From contig JBBDSM010000134.1 in assembly GCA_040904945.1 (NCBI GenBank), positions 668-64,667 on the forward strand: 64,000 nucleotides of DNA, given 5' to 3'. Below the pieces are notes generated by a model, which did not search any database, was not told where the DNA came from, and saw only the letters and a list, made by a program, of their open reading frames with translations. This stretch comes from Gemmatimonadota bacterium. Its GTDB lineage: Bacteria > Gemmatimonadota > Gemmatimonadetes > Longimicrobiales > Gaopeijiaceae. This document shows, piece by piece, positions 21,939 through 31,128 of this stretch (position 1 is its first letter; every line of letters starts with the position of its first letter). A program made the translations under genes and the position numbers.

Positions 21939-23927
21939 ATGTCCCAGTCTCAACGCTCGAAGCCAGCTGTCGAGCGACACCGGTGGAAGCCGCAGGCGGT
22001 TTCCACGGGCATTTGCCTGGTGGCGACGGTCGCCGGCTGGGCCCTTCCCCATCTCGGCCTTCCCGGACTCTCGCTACCAGCACTCCTCCTCGCCTATGCA
22101 GCGGGGGGCTGGGAGAGCCTCCTGCGTACCACGAAGGCGTTGCGGCAGTTCAAGCTGGACGTCGACCTGCTCATGCTCATCGCGGCGGTGGGTGCCGCGC
22201 TGGTCGGGCACTGGATCGAGGGAGCCATCCTTCTTTTCCTCTTCTCACTGAGCAATACGCTCGAGACCTACGCTTTCGGGCGCACGCGCCGATCCATCCG
22301 CGCGCTGATGCAGCTTCGGCCCGAAGAGGCGTCCGTCGTCAGGGACGGATCGGAGACGCTGGAGCCCATCGAAAGGCTCGTGCCCGGTGACGTCGTCCGC
22401 GTCCGACCCGGTGAGCGGATTCCTATCGATGGCCGGGTCGTGGCCGGGTCCTCGCGAGTGGACGAGTCGACGCTCACCGGCGAGCCGACCCCGGTCCACA
22501 AGGACGTGGGCGGAGACGTTTTCGCGGGGACGCTGAATCAGGGAGGATCGCTGGACATACGCACGACCACGGCGGCCGACGACACCCAGCTGGCCCGCGT
22601 CATCACCCTCGTCGAGCAGGCTCAGGAAGCCAGGGCGCCGACGCAGAGCTGGATCGAGCGGGTCGAAGGACGTTACGCGGCAGCAGTGATCGTCGGCGCC
22701 GCATTGGCCGTGCTGATCCCGTGGCTCGGGTTGGGCTGGAGTTTCCAGGACGCCCTCTACCGGGGAATGACGTTGTTGGTCGTCGCATCTCCATGCGCAC
22801 TCGTGATCTCGATCCCGGCCACCGTGGTTTCGGCCGTCTCCAACGGAGCTCGACACGGGATCCTCTTCAAGGGTGGCGCCCACCTCGACGCCCTGGCCAC
22901 GATCCGGGTCGCGGCGTTCGACAAGACGGGCACGCTCACCGTCGGCAGGCCCGAGGTCGTCGGGGTGCGAGCGGAACGTGCCGTTGCGGCCGCCATGTCC
23001 GTCCCGGCGGACCCTGCCGCCGGGTCCGGACCTCCGGCGGACGGCGACGACACCGACCGCCTGATCGAGCTCGCCGCGGCGGCCGAATCCCGCTCCGAGC
23101 ACCCACTGGCCGCCGCCATCCTGCGTGAGGCCGAGCGTCGGGGTCTCACCGTTCCGAGCCCCGCATCTTTCGACTCTTCGCCCGGTCACGGCGTCAGCGC
23201 CCGCATCGAGGAGCGTGAGGTGCAGGTGGGCCGTCGCTCCTGGATCGAGAGCATCGCGGACGAGTCCGTGCCGTCCACGCTCACGGAGCTCTTCTCCGAC
23301 GGTCTGGAGGGGGCTACACCGGTCTACGTGGCGGTGGACGGGGCACACGCCGGGGTGATCGCGATTGCCGACGCCCCACGCGCTGGTGCCCGCGAAGTCG
23401 TGCGCGCGCTCGAGGACCGGGGAATCCGGACATCGGCGATGTTGACGGGCGACGCGTCTTCGGCCGCGCACGCCATCGGGCGTGCGGTCGGGCTCGAGGA
23501 CATCTACGCAGAGCTCCTACCCGAGCAGAAGGCGCAGGTCATCGAGGACCTCCGTCGCCGCCACGGGCCCATCGCGATGATCGGAGACGGTGTGAACGAC
23601 GCTCCCGCACTCGCTTCCGCCGACCTCGGGATCGCGGTCGGCGCCGCTGGGTCGGACGTCGCGCTCGAGACCGCCGACATCGTCATCCTCGGCGACGACC
23701 TGGGCGCGCTCGGCCATGCCGTCGAGCTGAGCCACCGGACGCGCCGGATCGTTCGTCAGAACCTCGTCTTCGCGGTGGCCGTCATGCTCACGCTTTTGGT
23801 CCTCGCCTCGTTCGGCCTCATCGGCCTCACCACGGGTGTCATCGGCCACGAGGGGAGCACGATCGTAGTGGTATTCAACGGACTTCGGCTGCTGCGCGAC
23901 GGAAAGTCGTTCACGAGTCGAGCATGA
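21939..23927 (+). CDS. Heavy-metal P1B-type ATPase, P1B-4-like (Co/Fe/Zn efflux type)
   Basis: LTGEP, a TM ASPCAL (SPC) motif, [17 protein letters not shown] and the [18 protein letters not shown]. There is no N-terminal CxxC metal-binding domain. The start is ATG 21939 inside the 708-aa track ORF. Confidence 0.92.
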   Translation: MSQSQRSKPAVERHRWKPQAVSTGICLVATVAGWALPHLGLPGLSLPALLLAYAAGGWESLLRTTKALRQFKLDVDLLMLIAAVGAALVGHWIEGAILLFLFSLSNTLETYAFGRTRRSIRALMQLRPEEASVVRDGSETLEPIERLVPGDVVRVRPGERIPIDGRVVAGSSRVDESTLTGEPTPVHKDVGGDVFAGTLNQGGSLDIRTTTAADDTQLARVITLVEQAQEARAPTQSWIERVEGRYAAAVIVGAALAVLIPWLGLGWSFQDALYRGMTLLVVASPCALVISIPATVVSAVSNGARHGILFKGGAHLDALATIRVAAFDKTGTLTVGRPEVVGVRAERAVAAAMSVPADPAAGSGPPADGDDTDRLIELAAAAESRSEHPLAAAILREAERRGLTVPSPASFDSSPGHGVSARIEEREVQVGRRSWIESIADESVPSTLTELFSDGLEGATPVYVAVDGAHAGVIAIADAPRAGAREVVRALEDRGIRTSAMLTGDASSAAHAIGRAVGLEDIYAELLPEQKAQVIEDLRRRHGPIAMIGDGVNDAPALASADLGIAVGAAGSDVALETADIVILGDDLGALGHAVELSHRTRRIVRQNLVFAVAVMLTLLVLASFGLIGLTTGVIGHEGSTIVVVFNGLRLLRDGKSFTSRA

Positions 23928-24468
23928 CCGACCGGAGCCGATCCTCGAGGAGCAGCCGCTCGAAGGCGCCCACCGCCGTTCCGGCCAGCGCCTCGATGGC
24001 GTCGGGCCCGGCGGAGAGCGCCGCCTTGGGAATGAGCAGCTTGAAGCGGACTTCGGCGGTCGCGTCCGCGGCGGCGCCATCCATGGCGGCCATCCGGAAT
24101 CGGAGCGACAGAGGCGTCCGGTATGCCGTCGGGAGGTGCGCCGCGCCCAGGCGGCCCAGCTCGGACAGAAGATCGGGCACGGACGGCACCTCCCCCAGAT
24201 CGACCAGATCCACCACCAGCGCCAGGTTCCCGGTGAGCCCGCGACTGGTCTCATCGAGATACACGTCGACGCTCACCGGCTCGTCCAGTTCCTCCCGATG
24301 GAAGAAGAGATACGCGCTCCGGGTGGAGTCACCCTTCCAGCGCCCCTCGAACTCGTGGCTGGTCGTCTTCTGGAGACCCGAGAGGCTCCACCCGGCCCCC
24401 TCCAGCCCGCCGCGGACGCAGTCGATGAGGGGTTCGAGCGTGAGCACGGGCCGGTCGGATTCGGGCAT
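23911..24468 (-). CDS. Hypothetical protein
   Basis: 185-aa ORF with coding-like composition. It is divergent from the Fur-family gene. Its 3' end overlaps the ATPase 3' end by 17 nt. I recognise no domain. Confidence 0.55.
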   Translation of the reverse strand: MPESDRPVLTLEPLIDCVRGGLEGAGWSLSGLQKTTSHEFEGRWKGDSTRSAYLFFHREELDEPVSVDVYLDETSRGLTGNLALVVDLVDLGEVPSVPDLLSELGRLGAAHLPTAYRTPLSLRFRMAAMDGAAADATAEVRFKLLIPKAALSAGPDAIEALAGTAVGAFERLLLEDRLRSVMLDS

Positions 24469-24521
24469 CGGAAAAGCCTTTGGGGCCTCATTTTACGGCG
24501 CTTCGAGCGACCCCGATTCAG

Positions 24522-24558
24522 TTGACATTGCGACTCATGAACGTGTACACTACGTGTA
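24522..24558 (+). promoter_or_regulatory. Candidate promoter of the Fur-family gene with overlapping repeat element
   Basis: TTGACA (24522-24527), an 18-nt spacer, then TACACT (24546-24551). ACGTGTA is repeated at 24541-24547 and 24552-24558. The 8-bp palindrome GTGTACAC is at 24543-24550. Confidence 0.4.
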
Positions 24559-24585
24559 TCTATTCCGGTCAAGAAGGCGCTACGG

Positions 24586-25068
24586 ATGAAGGAAGAACAA
24601 AATATGGAAGCCACCCCGGAGCCCAGCGAGGCGGTACTTCGCGAGGCCCTCGAGGAGAGCGGCCAGCGGTTCACCGAGCAGCGGGCGGCGGTCTACCGCT
24701 ACCTGACGAGCACGGACACCCACCCCACCGCGGACGAGGTGCTGCTCGCGGTGCGCCATGAGCTTCCGACCATCTCGCTCGCGACGGTCTACAAGAGCCT
24801 CGAGACCCTGGTCGGATGCGGCCTGGCGGTGAAGCTCACGTACACCGACGCATCATCGCGCTACGATGGCCGCACGGACCCCCATCATCACGCACGCTGC
24901 CTGGGATGCGGCAAGGTAGCCGACCTTCCTGGTAAGCTGCCGCAGCGGGAGATCGACGACCTGCGCGACCGGGCTCGGAACTTCACGGTGGTCGGCTACC
25001 GATTCGAGTTGTCCGGCTACTGCTCGACGTGTGTCCCCGAGGGGGGCCCTGCTCCAGTGCGTGCCTAG
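24586..25068 (+). CDS. Fur-family metalloregulator (subfamily undetermined)
   Basis: 160 aa. FTEQRAAVYRYL...HPTADEV...ISLATVYKSLETL (wHTH), HHHARCLGCGKV and the C-terminal CSTC. An alternative start is ATG 24604, preceded by AAGGAAG. Confidence 0.9.
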   Translation: MKEEQNMEATPEPSEAVLREALEESGQRFTEQRAAVYRYLTSTDTHPTADEVLLAVRHELPTISLATVYKSLETLVGCGLAVKLTYTDASSRYDGRTDPHHHARCLGCGKVADLPGKLPQREIDDLRDRARNFTVVGYRFELSGYCSTCVPEGGPAPVRA

Positions 25069-25099
25069 TCCGGCTCCGGGAGAAGGCACCCAGTTCCTC

Positions 25100-26881
25100 G
25101 TGGGCCTCTTGAAGACCCTCGCCCGCTTCCCGTGCGCGTGGGTTGCCGTGGCGGCCGTCTTGGCCGCACCGGCGATCGTGGACGCTCAGGAGTCGGAAGG
25201 GTCCCGATCCGTCGCGGAGACATCGGCGCCCCGGGCGGAAACCATCGAGCTCAGGAGCGGGCTGGACCGGCTCCTTCTGGCTTCCTCATGGCGGGACGCC
25301 GAATGGGGTGTCCTCGTGCTCTCTCTCGACCACGGCGACACGCTCTACGCGATCAACCCCGACGAACCCCTTGCTCCCGCGTCCAACGTCAAGCTCATCA
25401 CGACGGCCGCGGCCCTCCAGACGCTCGGCCCCGACTATCGGTTCGACACGTATCTGATGACCAATGGCGACGTGGAGAACGGTGTGCTCCACGGCGACCT
25501 GATCCTGTACGGAACCGGCGACCCGGGAATCTCGAGCCGTTTCCATTCCCGCCGCGACGAGGCGTTTCATCGCCTCGTCGACCAGCTCGATTCGCTCGGA
25601 ATCCGTGAGGTCCGAGGTGACCTGGTCGCCGACGCCTCCTTCCTCCCAGGCCCCCAACGGCCGGAAGGGTGGGACCCGCGCGACCTGAACGACCACTTCA
25701 CGGCCGCGGTATCGGCGTTGTCCTTCAACGAGAACGTGGTGTCCGTTCGCATCGCCCCGGGTGACGTGGGCGCGCCTCCGAGGGTCCAGACCATCCCGGA
25801 CCACGCGGGGATGGAGATTCTGAACCTCGCGGAGACGGTGCCTGGCAGCCGACCCCGTGTGGCCATGCTGCGCGACGACCCGCTCGAGCCGGTGCGGGTG
25901 GAAGGCACGATCGGCGCCGGTGTGAGGGACGTCTGGCGTCAGTTCACGGTCTCCGACCCGACGGTCTTCACCGCATCGGTCTTCCGCGCGCTGCTCACGG
26001 ACCGGGAGATCGACGTCCGGGGCGTCACCCGAACGGTGTCACGCCCGGGCCGGTCCGACCTGCCTCGCCTATCGGCCCCCTTCGCGGGAAAGCGGGGCGT
26101 GCGCGTGTTGGCCAGACACTCCTCCAATCCGCTCCAGAGCTACCTGGAAGTCGTCAACAAGCAGAGCCACAACCTCTTCGCCGAGTTGGTCTTCAGGATC
26201 GTGGGCCGGTCCGTCACGGGCGTGGGGTCCATCGATGCCAGCGCGCGTGCCGTCGGAGCCACCCTCGCGAACCTCGGCGTCGACACCACAGGCATGGTGC
26301 TCCTCGACGGGTCTGGGCTGTCGGCCGGCAACCGGGTGACCGCACACACCCTCGTGGACGTCCTCGAGCGCATGTCCCACTCACCGTCGTGGGGCCATTA
26401 CTGGGCCTCGTTGCCCGAGGCGGGGCGTCCGCGGGAGCTGGGTCGCATGTACCGGACCGCGGCGGCGGGGAACTTGCGGGCCAAGACCGGGACCATCGAG
26501 CGGGTTTCCGCACTCAGCGGGATCGTCCGCGCAGCCGACGGCGAGCGGCTCGCCTTCTCGATCCTGCTGAACCGCGCGCCTTCGGTCGCCCGGGCCAAAG
26601 CCGTCGAGAACCAGATCGGCGCCCGCCTGGCATCGTTCAGGCGAGGGATGGGATCGAGCGTAGGGGGTGAGCGTCTCGCCCGAGCCGAGGAACCGACCCC
26701 GCCGTACGCCGGCACCGAACGACACCGTATCAGACCCGGCGAGAACCTGACGCTGATCGCGCGGCGCTACGGCGTGTCCATCGACGCGCTTCTCGGAGCC
26801 AATCCGCGCGTGGAGGCCAATTCGGTGTTCGCCGGCCAATGGCTCGTCATTCCCACCGTCCAGGAAGCCGGCGGCGGTTGA
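25100..26881 (+). CDS. dacB: D-Ala-D-Ala carboxypeptidase/endopeptidase (PBP4, S13 family) with C-terminal LysM
   Basis: PASNVKL (SxxK), SHN and KTGT. C-terminal LysM: HRIRPGENLTLIARRYGVSIDALLGAN...GQWLVIP. The ORF is open from 25031, and I prefer GTG 25100, which lies after the fur-family stop. Confidence 0.88.
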   Translation: MGLLKTLARFPCAWVAVAAVLAAPAIVDAQESEGSRSVAETSAPRAETIELRSGLDRLLLASSWRDAEWGVLVLSLDHGDTLYAINPDEPLAPASNVKLITTAAALQTLGPDYRFDTYLMTNGDVENGVLHGDLILYGTGDPGISSRFHSRRDEAFHRLVDQLDSLGIREVRGDLVADASFLPGPQRPEGWDPRDLNDHFTAAVSALSFNENVVSVRIAPGDVGAPPRVQTIPDHAGMEILNLAETVPGSRPRVAMLRDDPLEPVRVEGTIGAGVRDVWRQFTVSDPTVFTASVFRALLTDREIDVRGVTRTVSRPGRSDLPRLSAPFAGKRGVRVLARHSSNPLQSYLEVVNKQSHNLFAELVFRIVGRSVTGVGSIDASARAVGATLANLGVDTTGMVLLDGSGLSAGNRVTAHTLVDVLERMSHSPSWGHYWASLPEAGRPRELGRMYRTAAAGNLRAKTGTIERVSALSGIVRAADGERLAFSILLNRAPSVARAKAVENQIGARLASFRRGMGSSVGGERLARAEEPTPPYAGTERHRIRPGENLTLIARRYGVSIDALLGANPRVEANSVFAGQWLVIPTVQEAGGG

Positions 26882-26888
26882 CCCACCT

Positions 26889-26905
26889 CCGGGGCCCCGC
26901 CCCGG
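26889..26905. terminator. Small GC hairpin between convergent genes
   Basis: CCGGGGC-CCC-GCCCCGG lies 8 nt after the dacB-like stop. There is no clear U-tract. Confidence 0.25.
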
Positions 26906-26972
26906 GTTGCTGAGCGTCGGCGCCTCGCACGGCACCGATCGCCCCCCTACGGATTTCTCGGTTCGTCGGCCG

Positions 26973-27224
26973 TCAGCGGGCCGGTACACTGCCCCGGCCG
27001 ACCGCGTAGCGCAGCCGCCTGTGGAGTTCCACGTCCGACATGGTCTCGAGCGTGCGCTGGCCCGTTCGCTCGGTATTCCAGCGGATGTCTTCCAGGGGAT
27101 ACTCGATGCCGGGCCCATCCTTCGGGCGGAGCACCATGTGGAAGCGGCCCTTGTAGTCCGTTCCGGGCTCCTCGCGCAGCAAGGCTTCCCAACTCCGGCC
27201 TTCACGATCGGTGAATGTCATCAT
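26973..27224 (-). CDS. Hypothetical 83-aa protein
   Basis: ORF MMTFTDREGRSWEALLREEPGTDYKGRFHMVLRP... has balanced composition and high GC3. It starts 15 nt after the AraC-family stop, so co-transcription is likely. Confidence 0.5.
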   Translation of the reverse strand: MMTFTDREGRSWEALLREEPGTDYKGRFHMVLRPKDGPGIEYPLEDIRWNTERTGQRTLETMSDVELHRRLRYAVGRGSVPAR

Positions 27225-27239
27225 GGTTGTTTTCCAGGG

Positions 27240-28040
27240 TCATGCCACCGAGCTCAGCGCGCGGGGGCGGATCAGAAGATCGCATTCATCGACGAACCGT
27301 TCCAGAACCACACCGAATCCACCCGCATCGACCACCTCCGTGGGCGTCATTCCGACATAGTTCCGGAGCGCTCGTCGGAATGCGGAGCCGCTCGAGTACC
27401 CGAGCTGACGTGAGACGCTCTCGGCGCTCCTACCCGGCTCCTCCAGCCATCGGCCGGCGTGGAGGAGTCGTGACCAGACGAGAAGATGGCCGAGCGAAGG
27501 CAGGCCGTGCCGGTCCAGACCCACGCTGAGGTGCGGGCGCGTAAGGCCCAGACAGTCCGCCACGTCCTCGGCGCCCCAGCCGCGCTGCGCTCCCTCCAGA
27601 CACAAGCGCACCGTCTGGGTCTCGCGGCGCGGAAGCGATGGGCTGACCACCCTGATCACGGCGGATGCGGTGCTCCGGGACAACGCCCTGCGGACGGTCG
27701 CCGGCAACCCCCGGACCATCCCGTCGACCGGGAGCAGCACCAAGCCCTCGACCCCGGCCTTTCCGAGGCGGAAGAGCAGCCGGGTCGAGAGCCCGTCCCC
27801 GGCGACTAGCACGAGCACGATGCTCGGATACAGCCGGCCCAACTCCACCAGCGCCCCGTCCGGATCGTGAGCCGGGAGGGCGCGCCCATCGATGACGGCG
27901 CACGTCACCGCACGCTCCCGTAGCATCCAGGTGAGCCGGGCCCACGTGGCCACCCGCACCAGGGCATGCTCCCCCCCGAGGGCGAGCGTCGTCGCCTGCA
28001 CCATCGAGGAATTCCGGGTCAAAACGGTCGTCAGCGCCAT
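27240..28040 (-). CDS. AraC-family transcriptional regulator with receiver-like N-terminal domain
   Basis: C-terminal HTH_18 region: SAESVSRQLGYSSGSAFRRALRNYVGMTPTEV. The N-terminal approximately 120 aa has an alternating beta/alpha pattern (CAVIDG..., IVLVLVAGDG) like a CheY-type receiver. Confidence 0.8.
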   Translation of the reverse strand: MALTTVLTRNSSMVQATTLALGGEHALVRVATWARLTWMLRERAVTCAVIDGRALPAHDPDGALVELGRLYPSIVLVLVAGDGLSTRLLFRLGKAGVEGLVLLPVDGMVRGLPATVRRALSRSTASAVIRVVSPSLPRRETQTVRLCLEGAQRGWGAEDVADCLGLTRPHLSVGLDRHGLPSLGHLLVWSRLLHAGRWLEEPGRSAESVSRQLGYSSGSAFRRALRNYVGMTPTEVVDAGGFGVVLERFVDECDLLIRPRALSSVA

Positions 28041-28168
28041 CGATCTTCGAAAAAGACATAGCTAAGGTCCAAAACGATACGTCGCTCCGCCCCCTCTTCA
28101 GAAAACTTGAGTCTAGCGGAACGAAGAACCGCCCCTACCGGGTTACCTCCAGACTAGGACCGCCTCGA

Positions 28169-28300
28169 ATGAAGACTCTCCGACGCTCCCTGCTCGTACT
28201 GCTCCTGACCGTCGGTGCCGCCGCCTGCGGCTCGTCCATCACCGCGCCGGACCATACTCCGGATCCCGGTCTCTTCCATACGCCCGATCCGGGACTCTAA
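28169..28300 (+). CDS. Putative 43-aa mini-lipoprotein with tandem HTPDPGL repeat
   Basis: Own translation gives MKTLRRSLLVLLLTVGAAACGSSITAPDHTPDPGLFHTPDPGL*. It is below the ORF-track size cutoff. It has a canonical n-region and h-region followed by a Cys. GC3 is like that of the neighbouring genes. It is divergent from the AraC gene. Confidence 0.45.
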   Translation: MKTLRRSLLVLLLTVGAAACGSSITAPDHTPDPGLFHTPDPGL

Positions 28301-28310
28301 GCCGGCTGCT

Positions 28311-30137
28311 TCAAACTGAAGCACCCGCGACAGCCCTCCGCATCTCCCGAAGTCCCTCGCGGACTTCAAGGGGCGCGGAGGGCTTCGTGCTTTCAGCCTT
28401 CTCGAGCTCGGTCGGGACCGCTTCCCGGAGCAGTTGAGCCAGAGCTTCCTCGGAGCGGAAGAGCGTACGGTTGAGTCCGAACTCCTCCGCGTGGCGGACG
28501 GCTCGCCGCAACCACCGCTCCGCCGCGTCGCGCATGCCGAGAGCCTGATAGGAAAGCCCACGATAGTAGAGGATTTCGGCCTTCGCCGACCGCGGTCCCG
28601 ACTCCCAGCCGAGCGCGTCGCACGCGGCCGCGCGGCGCTCGAAGTCCCCGAGGTCCCCGCGCACGGCCGCGAGGTACGCCAGAGCGTCGAACGCGTAGGT
28701 CCGGTAGTACACGTCGGTCGCGTCCGAAGCCACCACCGACCAGGCGTCCTCGGCCGCGGCATGATCGCCGAGGTCGACGAGGGCGCCCGCCAGGTTCGCG
28801 AGACACCGAACGCGCCCACTGGCGTCCTCGTACGAGCCGACCGCGATCCAACCATGGCGCAGCGCAACGTCGAGGTTGCCCGCCGCGTGCTCCAGGGCGA
28901 GCAGGCCGTGATGGATGGACGCCAGGACGTCGCGGTTACCGGAGCGGCCAGCGAGGTCGAGGGCGTCCTGGTATCCCGAGCGTGCCTGTGGAAGGTTGCC
29001 GAGCTCCTGGCGCACCGCGGCAAGACCGCCGAGCGACTGGGCGGCCTTCGCGGCGAAGCCCGCCGCGAGCGCTACTTCATAAGCGATCTCATAGGCCCGC
29101 ACGGCCGCCTCCCACCTGGCGGCACGACGTAGTACCCTACCTCGGTACCGTGACGCATCCACTGCGACATCGGCGTACATCACCGCGGCGGCGGCATCGA
29201 ACGCGCAGCGATACAACTCCACGGCGCCGTGTACATGGCCCTCGACTTCGGCGCGCTGACCCGCTACGACCAAGCCGTCCGCTGTGGCTTCGAAGTCACG
29301 GCTCGCGAGGGCACCGAGAAGCGGCTCCCACGCGTCGACCGAGTCGCCACCCTTCCTGGAACGGCCGGCCAACTGGTCACGGACGGCGTCGACACGGGCG
29401 ACCCAGGCGCCCTCCGCCGTGTATCCCACGTCGCCGTCGACCAGTGCTCGGGCAAGCCGTACCACGAGAAACCGCTGCTCGACCTTCGCGCTGACCTCAG
29501 GGCGGTCTTCTCGTCCCTCACAGTCCTGCAGGACCGGGAATCCGACGAAGCCCTTCGTCTCGGGAGCTCGAAGCCGCACGACCCCGCCCTCGGTCGAGGT
29601 GTCGAGGTCCTGATGGAGGAGCGCGCTCGCGCACTCACCCGAGAGGAAGAGCGCCCTCTGCCGGTCTTCCTTACCCAGGCGGGGGCGCGGCCCCACGGAA
29701 TCACAGACGAGGAACCACGACCGGGCGCCGTCGCTACCGAGGGCCACGGTGAACATGCTGCCGCCATCGGCCCACGTCCTTCCCGACACCCCGGCCGAGT
29801 CGTACACGCCGGGCAATCCGATCTCCCAGGCTCGCTCGAGCGGCTCCGCCGCGAAGGAACGTCGCGGGCGGTCGACCATGAAGTCGAGCAAGACGTGCGG
29901 GTGGGGCGCGGACTCGCCGTATTCGTCGATCCACACGGCTGCGGCTCGGTCGGCACCCGTAATCTCGCTGAGCTCACTCAGGTGGGCGATGACCGCGAGC
30001 CGGACGGGATCACCGGCATGGATGGCGCGCGCAAGCTGGAATCTCTGCCGCCTCCGGCTACGATGCTCGGAGAGGCCGACGACTTGCGTCCGACCGGTCC
30101 GTGCCGCCCCGGATTCAGCGATATTTGTCGGGAGCAT
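28311..30137 (-). CDS. GAF-like N-terminal domain / TPR-repeat protein
   Basis: 608 aa. The N-terminal about 170 aa looks like a GAF/sensor fold (LSEITGADRAAAVWIDEYGES...SMFTVALGSDGARSWFLVCDS). The C-terminal half has repeated A/L/Y-rich 34-mer TPR-like helices (e.g. YYRGLSYQALGMRDAAERWLRRAV). Confidence 0.7.
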   Translation of the reverse strand: MLPTNIAESGAARTGRTQVVGLSEHRSRRRQRFQLARAIHAGDPVRLAVIAHLSELSEITGADRAAAVWIDEYGESAPHPHVLLDFMVDRPRRSFAAEPLERAWEIGLPGVYDSAGVSGRTWADGGSMFTVALGSDGARSWFLVCDSVGPRPRLGKEDRQRALFLSGECASALLHQDLDTSTEGGVVRLRAPETKGFVGFPVLQDCEGREDRPEVSAKVEQRFLVVRLARALVDGDVGYTAEGAWVARVDAVRDQLAGRSRKGGDSVDAWEPLLGALASRDFEATADGLVVAGQRAEVEGHVHGAVELYRCAFDAAAAVMYADVAVDASRYRGRVLRRAARWEAAVRAYEIAYEVALAAGFAAKAAQSLGGLAAVRQELGNLPQARSGYQDALDLAGRSGNRDVLASIHHGLLALEHAAGNLDVALRHGWIAVGSYEDASGRVRCLANLAGALVDLGDHAAAEDAWSVVASDATDVYYRTYAFDALAYLAAVRGDLGDFERRAAACDALGWESGPRSAKAEILYYRGLSYQALGMRDAAERWLRRAVRHAEEFGLNRTLFRSEEALAQLLREAVPTELEKAESTKPSAPLEVREGLREMRRAVAGASV

Positions 30138-30192
30138 CCCTCAAGTTAGTGTCCTTCTCCGTGACGGCACAACATCTTTTCTCATCTACGGC

Positions 30193-31128
30193 ATGAAGCC
30201 CTCATCGTCGCCGCTCGCGGCTGACCTGGGACTCCTCGGGCTCGTGGCCATCTGGGGCGTCAACTTCTCGGTCGTCAAAGTCGTGCTCCGCGAGATGGAT
30301 CCGTTCGCGTTGAACGCGCTGCGATTCCCTCTCGCGGCCTTCGCGTTCTGGCTCGTCCTGCGAGCGCGTGGCGGCATCAGGCGCCCCGCCTCCGAAGACG
30401 TTCCCAGAATCCTGCTGCTCGGCCTGGTCGGAAACGTGGCCTACCAACTTTTCTTCATCCAGGGACTGGACCGGACGCTGGCGGGCAACGCGAGCCTCCT
30501 TCTCGCCACGACACCCATCTGGACGCTCGTCATGTCGTCGGTGGCCGGCCACGAACGTCCGAACCTCCGCGTCATGGCAGGGATCGCCTGCACGCTCACC
30601 GGTATCGTGCTGATCATCCTGGGGCGCCAAGGCGGATTGACGCTACAGGCCTCCACCCTTGGAGGGGACCTGCTCATGCTGGGCGCCGCCGTGCTCTGGT
30701 CGGCGTACACCGTCTGGGGCCGCACGCCGGTCGCCCGCTACGGTCCTTTGCGGATGACGGCGTGGAGCCTATGGATCGCGACGCCGGTGATCGTGCTCAT
30801 GGGCGTTCCGTCACTCCACTCCACCGATCTGGCCGCCGTGTCGCCGGGAGCTTGGCTCGGTGTGGTCTACGCCGGAGTCCTATCGATCGGGGTCGCCTAC
30901 GTGCTCTGGTACCGGGGCGTCCAACTCCTTGGGAACAGTCGGACAGCGGTGTACTCGAACCTGGTACCCGTGGCCGCCCTGGTCACGGCTTGGCTGTGGC
31001 TCGGCGAAACACCGGCGGCCGGGCAACTGGCTGGAGCGTGCGTGATCCTCGCCGGCCTCTGGCTGTCTCGAACCGGTCACACGCCGGGGTCGAGCTCCTT
31101 GCGGTGGCGGAGTTCCGGGAACTCGTAG
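30193..31128 (+). CDS. DMT-family (EamA) transporter
   Basis: The start is ATG 30193 (MKPSSSPLAADLGLLGLVAIWGVNFSVVK). It has ten hydrophobic segments and two EamA-like halves. Confidence 0.88.
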   Translation: MKPSSSPLAADLGLLGLVAIWGVNFSVVKVVLREMDPFALNALRFPLAAFAFWLVLRARGGIRRPASEDVPRILLLGLVGNVAYQLFFIQGLDRTLAGNASLLLATTPIWTLVMSSVAGHERPNLRVMAGIACTLTGIVLIILGRQGGLTLQASTLGGDLLMLGAAVLWSAYTVWGRTPVARYGPLRMTAWSLWIATPVIVLMGVPSLHSTDLAAVSPGAWLGVVYAGVLSIGVAYVLWYRGVQLLGNSRTAVYSNLVPVAALVTAWLWLGETPAAGQLAGACVILAGLWLSRTGHTPGSSSLRWRSSGNS

